From the NCBI RefSeq assembly GCF_006345805.1, contig NC_043017.1, positions 2,108,001 to 2,172,000 of the forward strand: a stretch of DNA of 64,000 bases. The letters are read 5' to 3'. The position numbers and the translations under genes were made by a program. Below, piece after piece: positions 52,891-64,000 of this stretch. This DNA comes from Octopus sinensis (lineage: Eukaryota). The notes beneath the pieces were generated by a model, which did not search any database, was not told the origin of the DNA, and saw nothing but the letters and a program-made list of their open reading frames with translations. Numbering within the stretch: position 1 is the stretch's first letter; every line of letters starts with the position of its first letter.

Positions 52891-53278
52891 GCTATTATTC
52901 AAAACATTGATGCATAAAAGATTGCTCAATACCAGAATACCAGTTGTGTTTAATTTAATATTTTGAAACTGCATAATTGTTGTTTCGATTACTGAGATCG
53001 CCCAAAAACCTAACCGAAATAGCAAGCTTTGGGGATCCGTTATTGTTTGTAGAACATAAGTCAAACTTCGAAGGGGTGGTCGGAATAGGAGCACAATCTG
53101 CAGGGAAACAATTAATATCTTGTAACGGGAGACGTAATATGAACATGTGTTATGCCCTGCCCTGGGATAGCATTGATCACTGCGAACTGTCAACTATTAA
53201 AGCAAAACGTGTCATCAACAGAGATGTAATGATAAATGTTTATTGAATGAATGTAGGATATATGAGCGTATCTTGAAT

Positions 53279-53422
53279 AGGCGTGGCTGTATGGTAAAGA
53301 CGCTTGCTTCCCAACCATATGGTTCTGGGTTCAGTCCTACTGTGTTGCACCTTGGGCAAGCAGAGAGAGACTATTCAGTGGATGTGGTAGACAAAATATA
53401 TGCCGAGTATCTATATATCTAT

Positions 53423-53460
<38 letters not shown>

Positions 53461-53700
53461 TTATATGCGTGTGCTATTGTGTCTACGTTTGTCCTCTCAC
53501 CATCATTTTACAAAAGATGTTGGAGTGTTTACGTCTCCGTAACTTAGCGGTTCGACAAAAGAACCGATAGAATAAGAAATAGGCTTACGAAGAATAAATC
53601 CTGGGGTCGACTTGTTCGACTAGAAATCCCTTCAAGGCGGTGCTCCAGCATGACCGCAGACAAATAAATGAAACAACTAAAGAAAAATAAAAAGAATAAA
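53279..53700 (+). mobile_element. SINE family A, diverged or partly deleted
   Basis: Head gcgtggctgtatggtaa..ggttcagtcc; 3' half cttagcggttcg..gatagaataag..ggggtcgacttg..aaggcggtgctccagcatg. Confidence 0.8.
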
Positions 53701-54797
53701 ATAGAAATAAGCTCGGTGTGTTAAAGTGGAATTACATTGATATGACACATATTTTAAGGGTTATTGGAAGACGGATGTATTAGCTTGTCCGGAAAGTTCA
53801 TGCCGATTTATAGTAGCTTACATTTCGACTTATTTTAGAATAAGGTTGAGTCCATATATATATATATGTATGATTTTATGCACTTTTGTATGTAAAAGTA
53901 AATATATGTCTGTGTAATATCGGTTATATACAATGATGAATTTTGGCATCAATTTTTTCCTTTACAGTAATCTGTAACCGTCCTATTTTTCATGCAATTG
54001 AAAAATTCCGGAATTTTGTTAATAATATAAACTATAAACCTCGATTTGTTTATTTGATTTTCGTTTTTTCAGGAAAGAATTTCTTCAGCTTCAGCTAAAG
54101 TTCGATGAGACATTTGAGATATTTATGCTCATAACTTTACAATTATCAAGCAATTTTCTTCATCGGGCCTTACAGATTATTGAATTTATTTATTGCTCAC
54201 TTCTTATCAGGCAATCAAATATGTAGGCGGCTTTGCTCTGAGTTATTACTAATATCGATGTAATAATCTAAAATATAGGCCTTATATTGAGCCACTTTGC
54301 TTTAACGTGTCAGGTGCTTCGTTTCGTTACGTTTCCCGCTTCGTCTCTCTCCATCGTAATGGATGTAAATGACTCCAATAAATATTCTGTCAAGAGATAG
54401 TAGAGCGCATTTAAACTCACATATACACACACCGAAATGGTGATGATGTATATATATATATATATATATAATCTATATATATATATATGTATACATATAT
54501 ATATGCATATATATGTTTGTATAATGTATATATAAATACACACACATGTATGCATATATTATATATATAAATGTGCGTATATATATATATATCTATATAT
54601 GTATATATATACAGATAATACATATGTATGTATATATGTGTCATAATTTATGCAATGATAGATAAATGTTGATAGATTATGTTCTCACACAGATTAACAT
54701 ATATAGACATATATATGTGTGAGTGTATGTTTGCATGTGTGTGTGTGCGTGAGTGTATGTGTACGTGTGTGTGTGTGTGTGTGATTGTACTTATATA

Positions 54798-54836
<39 letters not shown>

Positions 54837-55342
54837 TATATATGCATATATATCTATTTACTGATATTATATATATATATACATATATATACCATATAGT
54901 GCATATACGTATTTTCATTTTATATATAATATATACGAAGTATGTGTGTGCAAGCGTATGTGTACGTATGTGTGTGTGTGTATAGACTTGTTTTTAAACC
55001 ACAATAGAACATATTCATATCACGTCAATGAATGTGTTCATACATGGAATCTAGTAATATACATATTCACTTATATACGCTGAGAAAACACCTATAGACA
55101 AACTGAATACATTCATAAAATTTCCTCGACATTTATGTGAACTCACACGCACCGTCTTTTTTATTCTAACACGTGTATACTCATACTAACATACAGGATA
55201 CCAGCGAATCTAGTCCACATTATTGTTTATATTATTATATATGTGTAGATAGAAACCGATAAAAAAAGACTGATTGCTAGCTAGATAAATAAATATTACT
55301 GCCTACATGTCTAAAAATACCCAAACATACATACATACATAC

Positions 55343-55397
<55 letters not shown>

Positions 55398-55702
55398 TAT
55401 ATATAATAAAATATGTATATATGTATGTAATGTATATGTGGTATATATATATATATGTATGTATATGTATATGTATATATAATATATATATATATATATA
55501 TATTATATATAAATACATATACAATATATCTGTATGTAAAAGATATATATACATATATATGCATAAATATATATTACATGCATATATCTCTATATATATA
55601 TATATGCACGCATATACATGTGCGCTTGAATGTGTAAATGTGTATAAATACATTCCGTTTGAGACCTATGAAAAACGGGAAAGATAGTTTAGTTTCATAA
55701 AT

Positions 55703-55740
<38 letters not shown>

Positions 55741-56582
55741 GCAATAAGCAAAATAAATTTCCCATATAAAACCGCCTCCTACAACTTCTGGAACCACCAA
55801 CATCTCCACCACCATCACCCCCACCACCACATTCCTCAATAAAATCAACATTGAATTCATACTTTACTCCAAGTATTCTTGGCAAAATTGAACATTGTAA
55901 ATAACTGTAAATTTGATTTTAGAAAACCGCCTCGTTCAAACTCAATATATCATATTACTCCGAACATTTTTATCATTAATAAATTTTCTCCCCATTTCCC
56001 ACCCCATCCATTCTCTTTACTAACACTCCGTTCTATCCATAGATTCCTTCCTCAAAAATTTCTCTCCATTCAGTTACCATTTTCTTTCTTTCTCTAAATT
56101 TCTTCGTGTGACGTTTCCTTTTCTCCAATTTTCTTTTCTCCTTCTCCTTCTTCTTTTATTTTCCTTGGTGTTCTCTTTCCTGGTGGTGGTTTAGTTTGTA
56201 TGTATTTTTTTTTAATATATATTATTTTCTTGTTTTGTCGTTGCGTTTTTTTTTTTTCCCCTTATACTTTCGTTTCGGTATCCATTCTTTATAAGATATT
56301 GCATAAATTAGACATTTTTGTAATCTAATATGGAATAAAACGTAAGAAAGGTGATTTCTATTCTAATTAAATTGAAGTCGATAAATTTCCTCCGGCCCCT
56401 CTATCGAGAAATGCAAAGCAGGAAAAGAAACAAAACAAACAAAAAAAAAGAACAACTTTAAAAATGTCTTTTAACAAGATCAACAAGAAGCGGAACAACA
56501 ACATATACAGAAGCACAACAACCACAAGACTAATTATAATTATTACAACCGACAACAACAAAAGTATGAATAAACGAGGTTG

Positions 56583-56916
56583 AGATGATGATGATGATGA
56601 TGATGATGATGACGATGGTGGTGGTGGTGGTGGTGGTGGCGATGGTAAAGGCGGCGGTGGCGGATGTTATTGATAATCGTGGTGATGGTGATGGTGGCGC
56701 TAGAGGCGGCTACGATGGTGGTGGTGGTGGTGGTAAAGGCGGCGTTGACGGAGGTTGTTGGTATTCGTGGTGATGGTGATGGTGGTGATAGTGATGGTGG
56801 TGATGGTGATGGCGGTGATAGAGGCGGTGGTGGTGGTGGAGGTGGTGATGGTGGTAGTAGTGGTGGTAGTGGTGGTGGAATAATAATAATAATAGTAATA
56901 ATAATAATAATAATAA

Positions 56917-56963
<47 letters not shown>

Positions 56964-57010
56964 AGAAGAAAAGAATAAAAATGAAGAGGAAGAACAACAA
57001 CAACAACAAC
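56583..57010. repeat. Compound trinucleotide microsatellite (GAT)(GGT)(AAT)(AAG)(CAA)
   Basis: Direct reading; explains poly-H/P/G/I/R ORFs. Confidence 0.95.
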
Positions 57011-57246
57011 TAGGAAACGAAAGAACGAAAGAAAGCAAGGAAGAAAAAATGAGTTAAATTTGGCATACGAGAGGATCTTAAGAGAATGGAAATTAGACGT
57101 TATTTGCAAAAATTAAACATAATTTGGTGTCAAATGCTTTATCGCAGAAAAGAAAATATTTTAAAGAAAGAAGTAAATAAGAATTTGTGATAAGATGGAA
57201 AGTATAGAAATTCAGAACAGTGAGAGGAAATACAGAGGAAGAAGCA

Positions 57247-57284
<38 letters not shown>

Positions 57285-57849
57285 AGAGTTGGAGATAGGA
57301 AGTGAGGTGGATAATAGAGAGATGTCAGAGGAATTATATGGAAGTCTAAGTGTGATGGTGAAGAAATGGCCGGGAAAATGTCGAAATAAATGCGTGGATG
57401 AAATAGGAAAGAGAGGGAGAGAGAGAGAGAGGTATAAAGCTTGCAAATGACAGAAATAAAACAGACGAACATATATGCATATATGTATGTGTATATGTAT
57501 ATATAAATGCGTATGTATATGCGTGTGTGTGAATATATATCTGTCTGTATGTGTATATATATGTCTGTTTCTGTTCATATATGTACGTTTGTGTATTTGT
57601 GTGTGTGTGTGAGGAAGATGTCTAAGTTTGAGTGTAAGAGGTATAATAAAGTTACGTCACTGAAAAAAGAGAAGATAACGGAGAAAGAGTAAAGGAAGTG
57701 AGGTGAAGACAAAGAGAGGGAGAAGCACAAAAGAGGAAGATAAAAAGAAAGAAACAGCGAGGCGTGGGGGAGAAACGCGGAGAGTATTTTAAAGAGGTTT
57801 AGAAAAGAAAGCGGGAGATGATTTGAATTTTGCTCTGGGAATTAAAATC

Positions 57850-57887
<38 letters not shown>

Positions 57888-58004
57888 TTGAATGACAGAC
57901 AAAAAACAAGGATCGACAAAGAATTGAGCATTTGAGGCAAAGAACTAAGTTACGAATATGAGTGAAATAGAAAAGCTGTGACCATGCTGGGGCACCGCCA
58001 TATT

Positions 58005-58575
58005 TAGAGGGTGTCCATAAAGTCTTTTTACAATTTCATAAATTTTTTACAAAAGCAAATAAATGGATAAATCTGTGAAAATTATAACAAAATGAGGAGT
58101 AGATATTGAAGGTATTTTTTGTTTCATATAACTGCCAGATATGTCCATCATTAGTTGCACGAAGCGCATCAATACGGTAATAACTTTCTTGCCATATTCA
58201 CTGGAGCATAGACTTATCAATGGTGGCTATGGAATTCTGAGATCCTTTGCTTCAGTTCATTGATGTCCTGTATCATTGTTCGATGTCCAATATCTTTAAA
58301 ATAAACCATAGAAGAACGTCTAGGGGAGAGATATACGGCGAACGAGGTGGACAGAGAATTGGGGCATCCCTTCCAGTCCACCAGTCCGGAAATGTTTGAT
58401 TTAGAAACCCATGAACATGCAGTCCCTAATGTGGTGGTGCACGATGCGGCTGGAAAATGATGGCTGGTTGAAGGTCATTCAGTTGTGGTGGCACATAATC
58501 AGTAACCAGTCAAAAGATCAGGGTAAACATGTGCGGAAATTGATCTGTCCATCAGGAAAAATGAAACAATGATTC
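58005..58575 (-). mobile_element. Decayed Tc1/mariner-superfamily transposon, 3' part
   Basis: Minus translation IIFQPHRAPPH..FLNQTFPDWWTGRD..PPRSPYISPLDVLLW..KD..DINELKQRI resembles the FQQDGAPPH / WPPRSPDLTPLD motifs; TIR-like tagagggtgtccataaagtc at 58005. Confidence 0.8.
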
Positions 58576-58591
58576 GATTGGTGTGTCTGTA

Positions 58592-58643
<52 letters not shown>

Positions 58644-58818
58644 TAAGTATGTATGTATTTACCTCTTTCTCTCTCTCCCTCTCTCCCCCCTCTCTCTCTC
58701 TATATATATATATATCGATTTTAGAGACTGAGGATCTGTCCATGGGCTTAACTGCACTTAAAAAGATATATGTGTGTGTGTTTGCGTGTGTGTATGTATA
58801 GAACAACAGATAGATAGG

Positions 58819-58894
<76 letters not shown>

Positions 58895-59954
58895 CGGATA
58901 TACAGAGAGAGAAAGAGAGAGAAGAAAAAGTGAGTGAGAGAGATGGGGAGTAGCTTGAGTGAATGAAAATCTGCTATGAAGAAAAACGTATTATCATGTG
59001 ACTTAGAAAGAGACGCGATCGAGAGGCGAGACAGAAAGAGCAACTAACTGCCAGATATGAGAATGAAAAATAAACTTTTCTGTACTTTGGTTTTAATTTA
59101 GAATAAAACATTTACTAATCTTCATAACTTTAATAATTCTTTCCTCAATAAAATATCTTCATTTTTTTCTATTTCTAGATTAAATCTCAAACATCTTCAC
59201 TTGTCACTGCTTAAGTTTGGCTATTTCGGAAATATCCTAAATGTGTTTAGAAGTCACAGTCACATCAGATTCTTACTATTTTCATCATATTGAAAACTTG
59301 TATTGCAGTAAAGTACGTCTATTTCTACGTCTGGCTGTGTAAAATTCATTTAATAGCTTTCATAAGGCTTGGCTAGCTCTTCTGAAAAGGATTCAATCTT
59401 TTCTTATGTGTCTTCTAATTCAATAGCAAATATTGTTCCACTTTATGCAAATGTTGACATATTGGAGTCAAGCTAAAACGCATTTCAACAATAAAACCAC
59501 GTCTAAAGAATATTAAAGATTTGCTATTTTCACTGTATCTAAAATTTCTCTTTCGTCGCCGTGTAAATGATTTTGACCTGGAAATAAAACAAAACTGGAT
59601 TTTATTCCCACCACCGTCACTTATTCAATATCTTCCAATCTATTCCCTAAATACTTTCCTATATTACTAGGTTAGTATCGAAAGTATTGCTTTGGCAATA
59701 TTCTGTTGACTAAAAGCATTCCTGGGTCAATGTCTTAAAATATTCCTTAGTCAATCTCTTAGTATTTTCTATACTCAATGTCCTCAGTACATGACTTGTC
59801 TAATGCCGTACGTACATTTCTTTTCCAATATCCAAATACATTTCCACGGTAACGTCTTTCGTCAAGATTATAAATCCTTAATTAGTGAATGATCTAAGCA
59901 TCTAATTCGCCAATTTACGAAAGGTCATTCATTTAACAATGTCCTTAGACTTAG

Positions 59955-61455
59955 AAATGTTTTAGTTGCCAAAATAGGACATGAAATCCCGCACTGCATA
60001 GCGAAGCAAAAAAGGTTGGAAAAAATTCGTCTAAAATGGTTAGCTCAAAGGGAAGTCGTGACGATACCCAAAAAAGAAAATATGTGGATGTAAAAATAAA
60101 CGACGCAAAGTGAAACTACAACTAGACACAGGTAGCTTACATTACAATTATTGATACCAGCACGTGGAAGAAAATTGGGAAACCTACAATAACGAAAACA
60201 TTGGAAAGTGCGTGAGGCGTCACAGGTGAGCGATTGCAGTTCTTAGGCGAAATGATAAGCGACATTACATTTCGTGGTAAAACCTGTGAAGCAGAAGTGT
60301 TTGTGTTAAAAAGTGCAACAAACGTGTTCGATACTGACTGGATCTTGTTTGATTAATGGGGCCTCCCCAAAAATTTGTTTTGTAAAAACATAAATAGATG
60401 TTCCTCCAATAAGAATAAAGCGTCAGATGAATCGAAATAAAAATTAAATAATGCTTTTGCTGAAGTTTTCCTGAATTTTTTCGAAATTAAACCGGGGCAA
60501 GATATTTTGAAAATACCTTCAAATTAGAGTAGAGGGGAAGTACCCAAAGTACCTGACAGTGAATGCGCATAAAGGACTATAGAAATATAACAGATTACCA
60601 TTTGGTCTAAAGGTCTCACCTACAATTTCTGAACAAGTTATGGATGCAATGTTAGCAGACTGTGAATTCGCAAGTCCATAGCTGGATGATATGTTAATTA
60701 AAAGTAAATCTCTTGATCAGCATGTCGCGCATGTAAAAGGTGTTTTGAAAAAATAACAGATTACAGGTTCACACTGAGTGAGGAAATGTATGAATTAAGT
60801 ATTTAGGACAAATTATCAACAGGAATGGACAACGACCGGCTGTCGAAGGCAAACGCAATTAAAATATGCCTCCTCCGACTAATATAACGACCTTACATGC
60901 TTTTGTAAGTCTGGCAAATTATTATGAAAATTATATACCAGATATGCATGGATTGAGAGCTCCACTTAATAATTTGCTGAAAAAGTGTGTGAAGGAGAAT
61001 TATTGACAAAAGGCGTTTGATGATGTTTAAAAAAAAAATTAATATCGGATTTGTCGCTGGCTCATTTCGATCCTGCAGCGGAGACTGTTGTAGCTTCTGA
61101 CGCTTCTGAACATGTCATAGAAGCAATAATGGTACAAAAATATAAAGACGGTAATATGAAGGCGGTGGTTCATGCTTCACGTTCTCTGATGACGGCAGAG
61201 AAAAACTATACTCAAATAGAGAAATGTTCTAGCCATCATTTTCGCCGTAAAGAAATTTCCCATATTTTTGCACGTGAGAAGTGTTCGGCTACAAACTCCT
61301 CACCGACCATTATTATCAATTTTGGGGTGGAAGAAAGGAAATTCTAACCATACCTCCAATAGTTTACAATGCTGGGATGCGATATTGTTGAATTATGACT
61401 TTAAGATTGATTATATATCATCTTAGAGGTTAGGCCATGCGGACTGTTTATCTAG
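59955..61455 (+). mobile_element. Heavily decayed Gypsy/Ty3 LTR retrotransposon gag-pol remnant
   Basis: Broken CCHC knuckle (KCFSC..GHEIPHC, 59955-59997); protease LQLDTGS..ITII..TWKKIGKP (~60110-60190); RT LDDMLIKS..IKYLGQII..MPPPTN..; RNase H LAHFDP..VVASDASE..VVHASRSL..AEKNYTQIEK; NYDFKIDY..GHADCLSR. Many stops and shifts; no integrase or LTR seen. Confidence 0.9.
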
Positions 61456-62499
61456 GCAGTTGGAAGGACGTAGAATTTTTCCGGTTACCTCAGCAGGATA
61501 TGTACACATGTCTGAAATTTTCCATTTTCCCTTCTAAGAGCAATACTCGAAACGTCAATAACTCTCTCTCTCTCTTTACCGAAGTTCAAGCAAATATAAT
61601 CCAATAATATAGAAGAAGAGGAAATGGAGATGAGAAAGTTAATATTTTTTATTATCGAATTGGTCATTTTCGTTTCTAATTCGTTTTTTTCGCTTCGAAG
61701 ATGACCATTTTGTAAATAATAAACAACTAGTAACTTCCTTGTCTCCATTTTCTTTTCTTCTTTTTAAATGAATATAAACTAACTACATACTTAATATAAA
61801 CCTATTGTTTTAAGGGAATCTCATTCCCCCAAAAGTACTAGGTATTGAACCAGTATTTCCTTGGATGCAACTTACATTTCACGGGGTTAACATCCTCAAA
61901 TTAAATTCATATGTGTGTGTGTATGCGTGTGTATTTGTAATAAAGAAATAGTATGCGTGTGTATTTGTAAGTACATGAAAATTGCGTGGTGTTTTTATAG
62001 CAAGGTTTCGAAGTGTTAACAAAACAAAGCGTGGTGCTTTAATGGCAAACAGTTCACTACATATTAGCTTCTATGAGAATAAAAAAATAATAAACGAAAT
62101 GAAATCCGAAAGACTTTACAAGGAGATTAAGAAAATGGCAATTCGTTTACTAAACTACTCCAACTAAAGTAGATAGATTCTTTCTTTGAATTTATAGTGA
62201 ATACTGAATCTCCTCCAGCAGAAATGTCTTACATTCAAATAGTTTATGAAAAAAATGTTGCGCGTTGTTCTTGAAGAATACACAATACACCTGAACAAAT
62301 TAAGCACCAGGTGAGAAGAGTTTATCTCAGCACTTATAACCTTATCGTCAGATGTTCTTCTCCTCCTCACTAGACTTTTGATAATGTGATTATCAAAGCG
62401 TTGTTGCATTCTATAAGGATGTATCTATCTATATATGCATACATACATACACACACTCACACGCGTATCGCACACACGCAAAAATACGCACATATATGT

Positions 62500-62509
62500 T
62501 ATGTATGTA

Positions 62510-62549
<40 letters not shown>

Positions 62550-62659
62550 ATATATATATATATAATATATTATATATATATAGTATGTATATATATATAT
62601 ATATATTATATATATATATGTATGTATATATTATATATATATTATATATATATAGTATG

Positions 62660-62691
<32 letters not shown>

Positions 62692-62820
62692 ATGTATATA
62701 TATATATATTATATATATATATATATTATATATAATATATTATATATATGTATATATATATTATATATATATATGTATATATATATATTATATATATATA
62801 TGTATATATATATATATTAT

Positions 62821-62853
<33 letters not shown>

Positions 62854-62876
62854 ATGTATATATATATATATTATAT

Positions 62877-62907
<31 letters not shown>

Positions 62908-62945
62908 ATATATGTATATATATTATATATATATATATATATAAT
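62500..62945. repeat. (TA)n low-complexity tract
   Basis: Direct reading. Confidence 0.95.
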
Positions 62946-63052
62946 AAGCATATGTATGTGCGGTTATAGTATATAAAGAGATAGATAAATAGATAGACAG
63001 ACAAATAGACAGACACGTCAATAGATGGTTAGATAGATCGATTGATCGATCG

Positions 63053-63084
<32 letters not shown>

Positions 63085-63613
63085 AGAGTCATTTATGTAC
63101 TACCATTGATACGTATTCGTGTTGTATGTATACATATATGTATGTATATATTTTTACTATGTATGAGTGTGTGTTTAATAATCTATGTATGTTTGGACGT
63201 ACGAAACATAATCATAATCTCTTTCTTCTGATATTACGCCTTACAACATGTACTCACAGCATCCTTTTAGTGGCGTGTGAATATTGGGCATGAAGATATA
63301 TTCATTACGACTGAAGAACACTCAGGCGGATTCACGTGGTCTCACTTTGATCCTATATTCTACCACTACCAACTCTTACCTTTCCTCGACGGACACTACC
63401 TCTCCATTGGATTTTGTTTACCTCTAAGGACACCTACCCTCTGGCTGCACCTTTCCTACACGGATCAAAGTTACTTTGTTATTGATGTGAAATCATTGAA
63501 ATACCCCACGACGTCTACAAACTTTTGAACTGTTCGTAAAAACTGTCCCTTTCGTTTTCACTTTATTTTTTTTCTTATTTTTCTCATATATTATTTTTTT
63601 ACATTCATTTCAT

Positions 63614-63800
63614 GATCGTTAGCTCCTATACGCATTTTTTTTTCTCTCCTTGTTTTTTTCTGTGTATCTTTCTGTCGAACAGCGTAGGCTCGAAACGTAA
63701 AAGACTTTTTCTATTCCTGAGCGTTATACTAATACGTCTGTTTGTTTGTACTCCACCTGCCTTCGTCTTTTGTTTATTTTCGTAAACTTTCCCTTTATAT
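63614..63800 (+). mobile_element. Short dispersed repeat carrying a minimal hammerhead-like motif (copy 2)
   Basis: TCTTT-CTGTCGA-A-CAGC-GTAG-GCTC-GAAA-CGT-A-AAAGA at 63667-63704; 44 nt identical to 51471-51514. Confidence 0.7.
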
Positions 63801-64000
63801 ATACACATACATACACAATGGACTTTCCTGTCGTTGGACGACCTATGAGGGTTCGACAGTTTCTTACCGAACAAATACAGAGATGATTTGTTTAAAGAAA
63901 TCAACAGTTTGTATAGACATAAGTTCTCTCCCTCCATCAAATCGATATTACCTGTACAGGTGCAACGGTTGCCACATGTCAGACGTGGAAATGATCGTAG

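Noticed and set aside
53778-53860. Mariner TIR-like tattagcttgtccggaaagttc
   Set aside because: No partner TIR or transposase motif found nearby, so too weak to call.
61525-61565. GAG-CAATA-CTC-GAAACGTC minimal hammerhead-like motif
   Set aside because: The CUGANGA core is unrecognisable (CTTCTAA) and stem I is weak.

Overview
AT-rich eukaryotic (metazoan) DNA, very rich in microsatellites. The repeat families resemble those I recall from octopus/coleoid cephalopod genomes (inference, not searched). I found no convincing host protein-coding exon; nearly all listed ORFs are translations of simple repeats. Supported content: three tRNA-type SINE families in many copies; a 5'-truncated Penelope-like element (RT YRDD motif to GIY-YIG endonuclease, minus strand, 18083-19724, two -1 shifts at homopolymer runs); decayed mariner, Tc1 and Gypsy remnants; a mariner MITE, a hAT MITE and a non-autonomous Helitron; several tandem repeats. 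The most notable signal is a set of eight hand-folded type I hammerhead ribozyme (HHR) motifs. Six sit in two tight clusters on both strands (16.41-17.47 kb and 50.86-51.48 kb). Three have intact cores. Others carry core variants (G12A, a 1-nt core insertion, and an A6U shared by two copies of one ~190-bp repeat). Four share an unusually long 54-57 nt stem-loop II. All folds are by eye and untested.
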